Shown here piece by piece: positions 37,798 to 48,099 of a stretch of DNA of 64,000 nucleotides. Under the pieces are notes generated by a model that saw only the letters and a program-made list of their open reading frames with translations, made no database searches and was not told the DNA's origin. The stretch lies in IMG/VR virus record IMGVR_UViG_3300046542_000227, positions 124,001 to 188,000 of that record. One strand, written 5' to 3'. The translations under genes were made by a program, and so were the position numbers. Within the stretch, counting starts at the first letter, position 1. The number at the start of each line of letters is the position of its first letter.

Positions 37798-38760
37798 TTA
37801 TTTGAACTGTTCTGCGACTTGGCGGTAGACCAGATCCGTGAACGTTTTATGGTCACGGTCACTGCCGGCCGATTTGGCCCGCATGAAGATCGCCGACTTG
37901 CGGTAGGACTTGTCCTCCAGCGCACAATAAACCATGGCAATAAAGGTAGGCAAGTGTTCCAGTGCCACACCAATGTTCTCACGATAGTTGACACCGCTGA
38001 AGCTACCAGCAACCAACAGCCAGATGTCCGGGAACTTCAGCTTACCCATGCGAATGGTGCCGAGGTCTTCCGAGACAGTACGGGCCAAGTCATCGAAGGT
38101 AGCCAGTGACTTGATCGTGTCAGCCACTTCCATTACCGTACGCAGGTCTGCCTTGGTAACCCGTTGCACGATGTTCGCCATTTCCAGGCGAGCTTCCGGA
38201 TCGGTCGCTACCGCGTCGTCCGACATGCCCAGGTAGTAGTAGGCAACCGCAATGCTGACCTTCAGTTCAGCAGCCAAATCCAAGTTGAACTTCTGGCTCA
38301 GGGCCAGAGTAATCCAACGAGTAAAGGTGATCATCGGTACATCGCCGAGGCGGCGAATAACTGCTTTATCACCCTTCATCAACTGCAAAGTCAGTGCCCC
38401 ACGAATGCAGTGGAACATGTAATCGTTTTCAGCAGTTAGACGGTATGTACCTGTACGGCGATCGTATCGCATATACGGTCGACCATCCAGGACAAGCCTG
38501 GGTTCCTGATCAGTCCCCAGATTCACATATTGGGTGAAGCCGTTGACGTCCTCGTGTTCTTCGCTTGGGGTAACGAAGTGAAAGTTTTTAATAACGTTAC
38601 CACCAGGAGTCTCAACCTCAGGGAGAGGAAGATCGATCTGGGCGCGCTTGATCTGGCTGATGATTTTATCAGTTTGATACATGCGTCCTTGGTGGGTATC
38701 GTAAGGCATGAGAATCATGCTGCGACTCCATCGTTGGTCGATTAAAAATACATTGGTCAC
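37798..38760 (-). CDS. Virion structural protein (phiKZ gp28-like)
   Basis: 320 aa, divergent from the sheath as in the phiKZ block. Confidence 0.65.
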   Translation of the reverse strand: MTNVFLIDQRWSRSMILMPYDTHQGRMYQTDKIISQIKRAQIDLPLPEVETPGGNVIKNFHFVTPSEEHEDVNGFTQYVNLGTDQEPRLVLDGRPYMRYDRRTGTYRLTAENDYMFHCIRGALTLQLMKGDKAVIRRLGDVPMITFTRWITLALSQKFNLDLAAELKVSIAVAYYYLGMSDDAVATDPEARLEMANIVQRVTKADLRTVMEVADTIKSLATFDDLARTVSEDLGTIRMGKLKFPDIWLLVAGSFSGVNYRENIGVALEHLPTFIAMVYCALEDKSYRKSAIFMRAKSAGSDRDHKTFTDLVYRQVAEQFK

Positions 38761-38857
38761 TTAATAGCGCCAATGCTGTTTAATATCTATGGATTGAATT
38801 GGGTTAACGCTCATAACATCGAGTCACCGTGCACCACGCCCTCCTAGGAGACAAAAG

Positions 38858-40924
38858 ATGGCATCTATCAACTCGACGCCGCGGATCGTTTACGGCGGCA
38901 TCAACGACAAGTCCCGTGGGACTCCGTCGCGGGCACCGATCACTTACCCGCAGCACGCGCCTCTGTTGCGCCTGTGGTGTGAAACCGGTACCGACAAAAC
39001 CGTTTTTCTCGGCAACGAGAACAGCGACTTCAATACCATGTTCGGTGCGCAAACGCTGGCTCGTCGTGGTAAGTTCTTTAACCTGCAATCGCTGCTGGCA
39101 GAAACCCTGCTCGGCGCCGGTAACGGTTTCTTCGTTAAGCGCCTGATTCCTCAGGATGCCAAGAAGTCCCGTTTGATCGTAGGTCTGGAAATCGTTCGTG
39201 ACGATATCCCGGCTCTGCTGGAGCGCCTGTCGGGCTTCAACTACAACGGTCAGATCCCGGCTCAGAACGCTGATCCACTGCCTCCTATCGATGGCCTGCG
39301 CGCACGTATTGTCGTCGTGCCAGCTACCGGTGAGCCAGGTACTGCCGAAGTTATGCCCGGCACCCTGTTGGCGGAGAAGGATGGCACTCAAGCTGACATC
39401 TATCCACTGTTCGAATTGCCTGCCTCGTACTTCGGTGCCAGCGGTAACAACCTGGGCATCCGTGTCTGGGCTCCGAACGACAAGACCAACGAAGTCTGGG
39501 ACGAGGCTACGGCCGAGACCTTCAAGACCCGTATGTTCCGCATGCAGTTCATGCAGAAAGTCGCCAACACCAACATCCCGGCCATCGTGCTGACGGCGTT
39601 CGGTGAAGACTACGTTGATGTGTGCTTCACTCCTGGTGCGTACAGCGCTACCACGGACAAAGAGTACTACCTCGGCGACACGCTGATCAAAGCCTACAGC
39701 GACGACGGTATCGAGTCGGGCCTCGCGCCTCTGACTTCCCCGTTCAGCAAGGTCTACGTCTACGACGAGCACATCAAAACTGTGCAAGACCTGATCTACG
39801 CTCGTGAACTGGCCAACAACCCAGCTCTCGCAGCGAGCGTTACCCAGTCGAGCCAGATCGATTTCCTGACCGGCACTGGCACCGACGGCGACCTGTACCA
39901 ATCCTTGTACCTCCTGGGTGCTCTGGATGGCGGTATCGTGTTGGGCGACGGCACCACCGTTTACGCTAAAGGCGGCGAAGACGGCACCATGACCCACGCT
40001 GCTTATGAAGAGCTGGTGACTGTTGAAAACACCGCGTTCGGCCAACTGGGCGATCTGTACGAGAACACCGCGCTGTATCAGTTCTCGCACATTTACGACA
40101 CCGGTCTGTCGATGGAAGGCAAGTTCGCAATGATGAACGTGCTGGGCCAACGTCGTGACCTGAAGACCATCTTCACTACCTACGTCGAATCCGAACAGCG
40201 TGCCCCGACTCTGTCGGAAGAGCTGTCTCGCGGCCAGGTTCTGATGACCCGTCTGAAGGCCTATCCGGAATCGACTCTCTACGGCACCGGCATCTGCCGC
40301 GCCGAAGTCATCTATCAGACCGGTGAGCTGATGGGTGGTGGTTACAGCAAGCCTGTGCCACAGATCATCGACTACGCGAACAACTGGGCGAAGTTTGCTG
40401 GTGCTGGCACCGGTATCCTGCTCGATGGCGCTGACATCGATATCGACCCGAACAACATGGTCACCTTGGTGAAGAACCTGAACGTGCCGTACTTCCCGGC
40501 CCGTGCTCAGTCCAACGCCTGGGAATCCGGTGGTACCTACTCGTTGACGTACGACACGCGTAGCAACTACTACCCTTGCGTGCGTTCGGTTTACCAGGAC
40601 GAGACTTCGGTTCTCCTGTCGCCGATCACCACCAACATCGCCTGCGACATCGTGCGCCAGATCATCCGCATTCACCAGAAGTTCTCTGGTAACGCGAAGC
40701 TCACCAAAGAGCAGCTGATCGAGCGTTCCGACAAGGAGATCCTGCGTATTGTTGAAGGTCGTTACGCTGGCCGGGTGCAGATCCGTCCAGAGACTTACAT
40801 CAACGATGCCGATGCCAACAATGGTGTGACCTGGCACTGTAAAGTGCGGTTGTACGCGAACAACCCTCGCACCACCATGTTCTTCGAACTCGAAACCTAT
40901 CGCATGGACGCCCTGGCCGAGTAA
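38858..40924 (+). CDS. Tail sheath protein (phiKZ gp29-like)
   Basis: 688 aa, N-terminal INSTPRIVYGGINDKS, strong codon bias, followed by tube gene. Confidence 0.88.
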   Translation: MASINSTPRIVYGGINDKSRGTPSRAPITYPQHAPLLRLWCETGTDKTVFLGNENSDFNTMFGAQTLARRGKFFNLQSLLAETLLGAGNGFFVKRLIPQDAKKSRLIVGLEIVRDDIPALLERLSGFNYNGQIPAQNADPLPPIDGLRARIVVVPATGEPGTAEVMPGTLLAEKDGTQADIYPLFELPASYFGASGNNLGIRVWAPNDKTNEVWDEATAETFKTRMFRMQFMQKVANTNIPAIVLTAFGEDYVDVCFTPGAYSATTDKEYYLGDTLIKAYSDDGIESGLAPLTSPFSKVYVYDEHIKTVQDLIYARELANNPALAASVTQSSQIDFLTGTGTDGDLYQSLYLLGALDGGIVLGDGTTVYAKGGEDGTMTHAAYEELVTVENTAFGQLGDLYENTALYQFSHIYDTGLSMEGKFAMMNVLGQRRDLKTIFTTYVESEQRAPTLSEELSRGQVLMTRLKAYPESTLYGTGICRAEVIYQTGELMGGGYSKPVPQIIDYANNWAKFAGAGTGILLDGADIDIDPNNMVTLVKNLNVPYFPARAQSNAWESGGTYSLTYDTRSNYYPCVRSVYQDETSVLLSPITTNIACDIVRQIIRIHQKFSGNAKLTKEQLIERSDKEILRIVEGRYAGRVQIRPETYINDADANNGVTWHCKVRLYANNPRTTMFFELETYRMDALAE

Positions 40925-40958
40925 TCGGCCAGTTCGTTCTTCACAAGGGTAAATACCA

Positions 40959-41825
40959 ATGGATCGTTACAGCAGTCCGTTTATCGGTCAGAACGGTTAT
41001 GGCCGGGGCCAGTCCCCGGGCACTATCAACCTGGCTCAAGCCGGTACCCACACCATGGCACCGGATCTGGCGAACATCGCCAGTAACACACCACTCGTCG
41101 CACGGAACCTGGTACCGTTCCTCATCGAGCCGCCACGGTTCTTTGAATTCTTGCCGAACCGCGAACTGGCAGTCCGCTGCCTGAAAGCGTTCATCGAGAA
41201 GCACACCCGCACCATCAACGGTCTGAACCAGCAGATCTCGGTCGACACTGCCGATAACCCCTACGGTGGTTCCGGTGAAGCGATCAAGGTTGCGACCAAC
41301 GTTACCCGTGCCCAGTCGAACCCAACCTTCGGTGGTTGGGAACTGCAAGGCCGCGCGGTTACCCGCTTCATCAAGTGGTGGATCCAGTACGGTATTGGTG
41401 ACGAAAACACCAAGATCCCTCTGGTGGTAGCCGATGGTGCAGTACGGGCCGATCAGTATGATGCATCGTTCTACGGTGCTACCATCCTGTTCGTTGAACC
41501 GGACGCGTCCTTCTCCGAGCCGATCTCGGCTTGGTTGGGTACCAACATGTTCCCTCTGGCGACCCCGCCTTGGGAAGGTCGTAAGGATGCTGGCCAGTTG
41601 GGTCAGAACCTGGAGTTCGATATCGAGTTCTCCATGGTCTCCGACGTTTCTGTGGGCACTACCATCTTCGCTCGCGAAATGATGCGCTCCCTGAACCTGC
41701 GTGGCATGAACCCGAACGATCGTCGTCTGTGGTTCACCGGCGTTAGCGCCGACGTGGCAGCTGCTCAGAATGGCCTGCAACAGCAGCTCACTGAAGGCGC
41801 TGCTGCTCGTCAGAACGTTGGTTAA
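40959..41825 (+). CDS. Tail tube protein (phiKZ gp30-like)
   Basis: 288 aa directly after the sheath. Confidence 0.85.
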   Translation: MDRYSSPFIGQNGYGRGQSPGTINLAQAGTHTMAPDLANIASNTPLVARNLVPFLIEPPRFFEFLPNRELAVRCLKAFIEKHTRTINGLNQQISVDTADNPYGGSGEAIKVATNVTRAQSNPTFGGWELQGRAVTRFIKWWIQYGIGDENTKIPLVVADGAVRADQYDASFYGATILFVEPDASFSEPISAWLGTNMFPLATPPWEGRKDAGQLGQNLEFDIEFSMVSDVSVGTTIFAREMMRSLNLRGMNPNDRRLWFTGVSADVAAAQNGLQQQLTEGAAARQNVG

Positions 41826-41838
41826 GGAGTAATCCTTA

Positions 41839-42012
41839 ATGGCAGCCGTGTTGAATCAACCTACCTCCACAGCCGGGACTCCGGCACCCGCACAGGCAAC
41901 TGAGCGAAAGGCCCAGGGTCAACTGGTGTCCACCGGAGTCGCGGCTGCTCTCAACGGACTGGCTGGTGGTCTAGAGCAAGCTGCTAAAGAGCGTGCACTG
42001 GACAACCTGTAA
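41839..42012 (+). CDS. Candidate 57-aa Ala/Gly-rich microprotein (not in ORF track)
   Basis: AAGGAG RBS right after tube stop; hairpin follows its stop. Confidence 0.55.
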   Translation: MAAVLNQPTSTAGTPAPAQATERKAQGQLVSTGVAAALNGLAGGLEQAAKERALDNL

Positions 42013-42118
42013 AAACATACTGCCCTCCTCGATATGAGGAGGGCTTTATGCTGTCCACTGCATTTAGTCTGAGACCTATATCACTGAAGAGATAAACCAC
42101 CCAATCTAAGGAAGTGTT

Positions 42119-42385
42119 ATGTTCAAGTCTCTACTGGTTGTCATGCTATCTCTGTTCGCGATCTCGGCCTTTGCTGATACCGACGAGGAGATGTACAAGA
42201 ATAGCTACATGGTCATGTGCGAAGGTTACGTGTGCCAAGACCTGCGCAACAATGAATGGTTCCCAGTGGCCGATACTGAAGAACCACAGTACGGCTACGT
42301 GTTGCACTTCACCAAAGACTACACCGATGTGGAAGTACTCAAAGCCACGCCTTACATCCTAGAGCGACTTCGCGGGGAGCAGTAA
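42119..42385 (+). CDS. Small secreted/periplasmic protein
   Basis: Signal peptide MFKSLLVVMLSLFAISAFA; early promoter at 42076. Confidence 0.7.
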   Translation: MFKSLLVVMLSLFAISAFADTDEEMYKNSYMVMCEGYVCQDLRNNEWFPVADTEEPQYGYVLHFTKDYTDVEVLKATPYILERLRGEQ

Positions 42386-43035
42386 TGTCTAAAGTACACC
42401 AGTTGACACCAAAGCACGTTGAGGGTGTGGACTCGATGGGTAACCCCTTCGTGATCCACTTGTTGGGTTTTATGCCGTCCAATCTGGGTAGTCTGGCGGA
42501 ACTGCCTAACGTCTACCTGTACGAGCCCGAAAGCCAGTTCCACTTCTTCTTGCGGTTTGAGTTCGTTGGTGACATTAACACCACTCGGACTTTTATCAAC
42601 AACTATGAGTTGGACATCCTGACCAGCATGTATTGCGCTTTGATCAAAGCGCATATCCGTGATGCCGGGTTCAGTCTGCCTGAGCAAGTGGTGATCAGTG
42701 ACGTACACCAAATGCTACTCACCTTCCGGGATTCTGGCGTGTGTCATTCTTACGGGTGGTTGTACCGTGGGATGTCGCAAAGCTTTATCTTCGAGATGGG
42801 TGCAGTGTTCTTCCATGTCTATCGTGAAGAGAAGGCCGATCGTTGGTCTATCCCAATCGAGGTCAATGGCGTACGTCATCAGATCTACTTGATCACCAGT
42901 CCTACGAAAGTACGGCTGGATCCACAGACGGTGTTTGAAGGTAACGCCCAAGCGTACAGCGAACTCGAAGATTGGTTTAACAAGACCGTCAACGAATCGC
43001 CGTATACCCGGGCTGAGTTTGTAATGGTGCGGTAG
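42385..43035 (+). CDS. Hypothetical protein
   Basis: 216 aa, TAATG coupling. Confidence 0.6.
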   Translation: MSKVHQLTPKHVEGVDSMGNPFVIHLLGFMPSNLGSLAELPNVYLYEPESQFHFFLRFEFVGDINTTRTFINNYELDILTSMYCALIKAHIRDAGFSLPEQVVISDVHQMLLTFRDSGVCHSYGWLYRGMSQSFIFEMGAVFFHVYREEKADRWSIPIEVNGVRHQIYLITSPTKVRLDPQTVFEGNAQAYSELEDWFNKTVNESPYTRAEFVMVR

Positions 43036-43077
43036 ACGGCATAAGGGGAGGCTAGGCCTCCCCAGTGCTTTTTCTTT

Positions 43078-44313
43078 TTAGCGTTTGGTGTAGTAATCTT
43101 TCGTCATCGCACGCAGCACGATATACAGAAGGGTCCCGGTTCGCACAGCTGCGATCTGGGCCTCGTATTTATTCCGTCCCGTGGCTTGACGCACCAGCTT
43201 CTCAGCTTCAGTACGCAACAGCATTACCGATGGGTCGGTGGAACGCGAGGCTGTCAACAGTGCTTTGAGTTTGGCGATGTTGGTAGCAAGGTCATTACGC
43301 TGAACCGAAGGTAGACGGTTTACATAAAGGTGATCGAAGGAGTAGAGCAGCACTTCCTTAACGATCTCTTGCAGGTAGTTCTGATGCGGGGCGAAGTAGT
43401 TGTTCGACATGTAACGCAGTGTCGTAACCAACAATGGCTTCGGCATCGTGTTCATACCCGACGCTACGACGTCTACAAGCTCGTCTCGGATGAAGTTGCG
43501 CTCAGATGGGATAATGTCATTGATGTACCGCATAAACGACGCATAGCCGTTCTTACGGTCTTTGAGCACCATCTCACCATCAGCGTTGATCGTGGTATCT
43601 GACGTGGTCTTCACTCGCACGCCAGTGTCACTGAAGTGTTTGTGGATCGCGTAGATCTTCTTGATCAATTCACGGATACGAGATTGGGTATCGGTAACCG
43701 TACGGATCAACATGCCGTCTGGCTGGAAGTCCTGCAGGCAACGATAGTAGATCGACTTGGCCGACACAATGTCTTCAGCACGAGCACGGATCAAATCACG
43801 CCACGAACCATAACGACGAATGTCGAAACGACCGTTGAGGGCGAGGTAGGTCGCTGTCGCAACCTCTTTGTCTGCTGGGTACTGGAACCGCTTCACCAAC
43901 AACGAGGTGATAAAGCGATAGTGTAGAACCATGTACGCATGCACCATAGCCTCATGGCGCAACGATTGGGCAACACCCGTGGCTTTCATCAACCGATGGA
44001 CGATGTAGGCTGGTGTGTAGTTGAAGGCGTCACTCATGACGTTGAATTCATGGTTGATCGCATCGATCTTACGGAAGTCCGCAAGAAACAGATCTTCGTC
44101 GACTTCCAGTACGTCTTCGTACCAGCTGTCTCGGTCACTGTCAAAGAATTTGACGGGGTTAACCCCCAGGAGAACACCACCAAAGAAAGCAGAGTGGTCT
44201 TCATTACGGTTCATGAAACGGATGGAGTACTGAATCACCCGCTTACAGAACTCGGCATCGAATTTAACGTGATCGAATTGACGATCAAATACCTCTTTAA
44301 TCGTAACGCCCAT
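43078..44313 (-). CDS. Conserved virion protein (phiKZ gp32-like)
   Basis: 411 aa; size and position after tube gene. Confidence 0.65.
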   Translation of the reverse strand: MGVTIKEVFDRQFDHVKFDAEFCKRVIQYSIRFMNRNEDHSAFFGGVLLGVNPVKFFDSDRDSWYEDVLEVDEDLFLADFRKIDAINHEFNVMSDAFNYTPAYIVHRLMKATGVAQSLRHEAMVHAYMVLHYRFITSLLVKRFQYPADKEVATATYLALNGRFDIRRYGSWRDLIRARAEDIVSAKSIYYRCLQDFQPDGMLIRTVTDTQSRIRELIKKIYAIHKHFSDTGVRVKTTSDTTINADGEMVLKDRKNGYASFMRYINDIIPSERNFIRDELVDVVASGMNTMPKPLLVTTLRYMSNNYFAPHQNYLQEIVKEVLLYSFDHLYVNRLPSVQRNDLATNIAKLKALLTASRSTDPSVMLLRTEAEKLVRQATGRNKYEAQIAAVRTGTLLYIVLRAMTKDYYTKR

Positions 44314-44417
44314 GTCCCTGTACCGGTTGGGTTAAAAGTTCACAAGATTGAGCAGTCTCAAAAACAATACAAACCTAGATTATCCTCATGTTAAACAATC
44401 CACGCGAGGGCTTGATT

Positions 44418-44678
44418 ATGGATCTCTTCGATCTGGAACGTGAAGTAGCTGAACAAGAGAATGTACGCATTGCATTCATCCACCCCGAAAAGGACTTGGT
44501 GTTGACCAATTCCTATCGAACCCTGCATCCAGTTGCCTTGCCCGATGGCGCTGACGACAGCATGTTGGTAGACCGTGTTATTGACGTGGTGGGTCACGGT
44601 CGTCCATTCATGCTGTTGCTGGAAAACGAAGCCACTGTCTTCAATACCAAAACAGCACCACAAAAACAACTCAACTAA
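44418..44678 (+). CDS. Hypothetical protein
   Basis: GAGG RBS places start at 44418. Confidence 0.55.
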   Translation: MDLFDLEREVAEQENVRIAFIHPEKDLVLTNSYRTLHPVALPDGADDSMLVDRVIDVVGHGRPFMLLLENEATVFNTKTAPQKQLN

Positions 44679-44691
44679 GTAAGGGTTTCAC

Positions 44692-45459
44692 ATGGCTGAT
44701 AGCAAGCGGATTTTGATTCCATGGTCGGGTGGTGCCGACTCTACGTTGTTGATCGCCGAAGCACTACGTGCCAAAGATCGCATTTGGTACTGTACCTTCG
44801 AAGCGGGCCAACCTAATACCCAGATCATGGCAGAAGCAGTAGCTCGGGAAAAGTTAGAGGAACGGCTCAAGCGGCGTTTCGCTGAAGCGCCAGAGATGCA
44901 CCTACACCGGAGCAAACTGGTGTTGGATACCAGCGGTACCAACTTGCCGATGAAACAGCTTCCAGCATGGTTCATGCACTTGATCACCATGGTTGCTGAC
45001 AAAAGTGGTCAGTTCTATTTCGATGAGATCCATCTGGGTTACTTGCTCAACGATGATGCTGCCTATTCGCTTAGCAATTTGAAGTTAGCTTGGCACCACA
45101 TGTGTCTGGCTGTCTACGGGATTGACCGTGATCCACCGAAGCTGATGTTCCCATTGCTGCGTTATCGCAAAGGGCAAGTGTTGGCTGAGTTAACTCAATT
45201 GGGTCTGATCGACCTGATTTCGATCTGTGAGCTACCCCAGCTCTATGACGACGGTTGGCGTCAGTGTAACGAATGTCCATCCTGCCATAAACACAACACC
45301 GCCAAGGCCGTAGACGATCTGCACAATGGCATGCGCTGGCGTGGTGACTTGTTGGTTGATTACGATCACCGTACTAAACCGAATCCTGAACTGGTTGATG
45401 AAAGTCAACTTACCGAATACCCACTCGAAAAGGAAGCTACCTGTGAACAAACGTCTTAA
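44692..45459 (+). CDS. QueC-like PP-loop ATPase with C-terminal zinc site
   Basis: WSGGADST PP-loop; SIC-x12-CNECPSC zinc cluster as in QueC. Confidence 0.75.
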   Translation: MADSKRILIPWSGGADSTLLIAEALRAKDRIWYCTFEAGQPNTQIMAEAVAREKLEERLKRRFAEAPEMHLHRSKLVLDTSGTNLPMKQLPAWFMHLITMVADKSGQFYFDEIHLGYLLNDDAAYSLSNLKLAWHHMCLAVYGIDRDPPKLMFPLLRYRKGQVLAELTQLGLIDLISICELPQLYDDGWRQCNECPSCHKHNTAKAVDDLHNGMRWRGDLLVDYDHRTKPNPELVDESQLTEYPLEKEATCEQTS

Positions 45460-46213
45460 CGTAATGACCACCCTGGGCCAACTGCTGTCGATGCATATCG
45501 CTGACTACGCACGTGGTCGTGCTGGCCGCGCCCCCAAGCTGTCGATCCATGGCAAGCAGCAGAACATCAAGATGCAGTTCCAGATCCATGAGAAAGTCGT
45601 GGGTGAGTTGGTACTGGTCTGCCCGAAGAACGACCCGGATCCAGAGAACTACGTCGGCCGCTTCGGGAACTGGGATGTGACGCTGCCTGAGACCGAGGAC
45701 TGGGCACATGCGATCCGTAAGCTGCCACATGCCAAGCGTCAGGAACAGCGTGACTACTGGGCAGCTATGGACATCCTGTACATGATGGCCATGGTGGGCT
45801 TTAAGGTCGTTACCTTCGACGGTAAGAACAGTCACATCCATGCGGCTGGTGTATTGGCACCGGGTGGCGCTGAAGGCTATGGTCGTTTCCATTTCAACTT
45901 CAACGTAACTACGGCGTATGACTCACACCGCAACTTCTACGGTCAACACGGTGGTGCAATGCCTGTCCTACCGGATCACCTGAAGACGGATGAAGACCGT
46001 CAGGCTGAGATCAGTGCGGCGCTGCAGGATCCATCGACAGAAGTCGTACGAGTTGTACCTGGTGTTGAAGCTATTCACACCATCCGTGGTCGTGAGACCG
46101 GTGTGGTAACATTCGGCGCAATGGACCAGGTGACGCCTGAAGAAGCAATCCAGATCCAACAGGCGATTGCCACCGGTGGTTCTTATGAGGGTACCAAGAA
46201 TGAACCAGCCTGA
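45443..46213 (+). CDS. Hypothetical protein
   Basis: GTG start with AAGGAAG RBS, overlapping the QueC-like gene end. Confidence 0.6.
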   Translation: MNKRLNVMTTLGQLLSMHIADYARGRAGRAPKLSIHGKQQNIKMQFQIHEKVVGELVLVCPKNDPDPENYVGRFGNWDVTLPETEDWAHAIRKLPHAKRQEQRDYWAAMDILYMMAMVGFKVVTFDGKNSHIHAAGVLAPGGAEGYGRFHFNFNVTTAYDSHRNFYGQHGGAMPVLPDHLKTDEDRQAEISAALQDPSTEVVRVVPGVEAIHTIRGRETGVVTFGAMDQVTPEEAIQIQQAIATGGSYEGTKNEPA

Positions 46214-46619
46214 TCCATGCCAACTCACCAGAGCGCATCTCGACCAGTTCATGGACAAGCTGGCTGCACGTGCTCCATTCCGTAAAAGCATTGTGGTACC
46301 ACGTGACGATGGTCGTCGCGGTAAGGTGTTCCGCACCCAATGCGATGGCATCGAGATGGTGATGCCCTTACCACCAGGTGAGTACGTGGAACAACCGCCC
46401 GAATGGCAAGGATCAGTACCGCATCCAAAGGCTATGTACTACGACCCGCGATCGTTCGGTACTGCGCCGTACGAACCTGACCTAATCAGTCATATCGACG
46501 TGGTCGATGCGGCTGGTAACCGGGTAGATGTTGCTGCTGTACCGCAGCGCTATTTGATTGCCGAGTTCGAATCCGCGCCGCGCGCCGCGTCCGAAGTTTT
46601 GGCTAAGGGCGATGAGTAG
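46200..46619 (+). CDS. Hypothetical Pro-rich protein
   Basis: GAGG RBS, overlaps upstream gene. Confidence 0.55.
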   Translation: MNQPDPCQLTRAHLDQFMDKLAARAPFRKSIVVPRDDGRRGKVFRTQCDGIEMVMPLPPGEYVEQPPEWQGSVPHPKAMYYDPRSFGTAPYEPDLISHIDVVDAAGNRVDVAAVPQRYLIAEFESAPRAASEVLAKGDE

Positions 46620-47030
46620 CGCTTCGCTAATGTGAGTGTTTCCTTAAACACTTATCCATTACCAAGGGTTTCTGTTCTTTAGGGATTGACAGAATAAAGA
46701 CAGAGGGGGTAAACCCCTCTGATCTTATTTTGTTTTTTGATTTAAAGAGAAAATAAAAATACTAGATATATAGATTAATTGGGGGAGGGAGCCGGTTAGG
46801 CGACCGACTCCCAATTAATATCCTTATTCTTTAGTAATAACCCCCCTCCCCCTGTTTGGGGGGTCTTATTCCGTGTTGGGGTAAATCCACGAGTGAGTGA
46901 CAAAACACTCACCGTGTTAATCTCATACGGCAAAAAACCCTTCCCGAAGGAAGGGCTAGCTTTCGCTACAGATGGGTGCCCTGACAAATGGATACCCGAT
47001 TCCCAACCAAAGGAACATATCATTAAGGAT
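46620..47030. other. AT-rich intergenic region with clustered hairpins
   Basis: At least five inverted repeats plus an A/T tract at ~46720-46780. Confidence 0.7.
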
Positions 47031-47035
47031 TCGCT

Positions 47036-48025
47036 ATGCAAACGTGTGTTGTAGCCATCGTGGGTTTGGAGTTCACCGATAACTTCCGTCATCTGCCGCC
47101 AGTATTCGAAAAGCAACTCGGTGACGAAGACGTGCGCTTTCTGATCCACTCGACTCCGGTGACAGAACAACACAACGGTCGCTTGGTGTGCAACTACGAT
47201 CTACTGCTGGACGTGGGTTATGAAACCGCTCATCCGAAAGCGGACTACGTTTCCAAACGTTTGAGCAAGACCGATCAAGCCATTGAACTGGCGAGCATCG
47301 CTGCTGAGATCGGTGCACGGCATTTCGTTCCAGTTCCGGTACTGAGCAAGAAACCCAACCCGACCAATATCTACGACATGCTGCACATGCCACCGCTGGT
47401 GCTCATCAAGCCAACCGATGGGGCACGTGGTGTGGGACACATTGTGTTCGATAACACCAAAGCGAGTATGTTCAGGTTCTTGAACGAGTTGCGTAACCGT
47501 AGCCCAGAAGGTACGGTTGAGGAAGTCTTGGCCAAATACGCTGACGCCATCGAGCTCCACAATGGAACCTCGAACTATCCTGGCGAAGCGGCCTACATGT
47601 TGACCAGCCAATCGCTGATGGTCACTGGCTTGATCCGTGGCATCACCCAAGAAGTTCGTGTGGTTACCAATGCACATAGCGAAGCGACGTTGGTCAAAGT
47701 ACGTGAGCGTAAGAGCAACGTAGATCCAGCGTACGACAAGCAAGGTAAGTACGAACAAGCCACCGGCGCTAATCGTGATAACGACAGCCTGTACTACGAC
47801 CTCGATAGCGTGATTGCTAACGTCGATGTGTTGGCTGAAGTCAAAGCAATGCTCAAGCGACTGCCACCTCTGAACTCGGTGGACCTGTTCTTCAATGAGC
47901 GGGGTTGGGGTATCTTCGAATACTGCAACCAGTTTGGTACCGAAGCCTTCGAGATCGATGACTCGGTCAATCTACACACCAACCTGTTGGCGTCATTGTA
48001 CCTGAAGAAATTCAAACCAGAATAA
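47036..48025 (+). CDS. ATP-grasp fold ligase (RimK/GshB-like)
   Basis: LIKPTDGARGVG, EVRVV, SVDLF and IFEYCN match ATP-grasp motifs. Confidence 0.7.
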   Translation: MQTCVVAIVGLEFTDNFRHLPPVFEKQLGDEDVRFLIHSTPVTEQHNGRLVCNYDLLLDVGYETAHPKADYVSKRLSKTDQAIELASIAAEIGARHFVPVPVLSKKPNPTNIYDMLHMPPLVLIKPTDGARGVGHIVFDNTKASMFRFLNELRNRSPEGTVEEVLAKYADAIELHNGTSNYPGEAAYMLTSQSLMVTGLIRGITQEVRVVTNAHSEATLVKVRERKSNVDPAYDKQGKYEQATGANRDNDSLYYDLDSVIANVDVLAEVKAMLKRLPPLNSVDLFFNERGWGIFEYCNQFGTEAFEIDDSVNLHTNLLASLYLKKFKPE

Positions 48026-48099
48026 GAACTATATCACTGACCTGAATAATCCTACGCTAGGGACATAGCGAATAACTTTCCAACAACGGGACTTTACTC

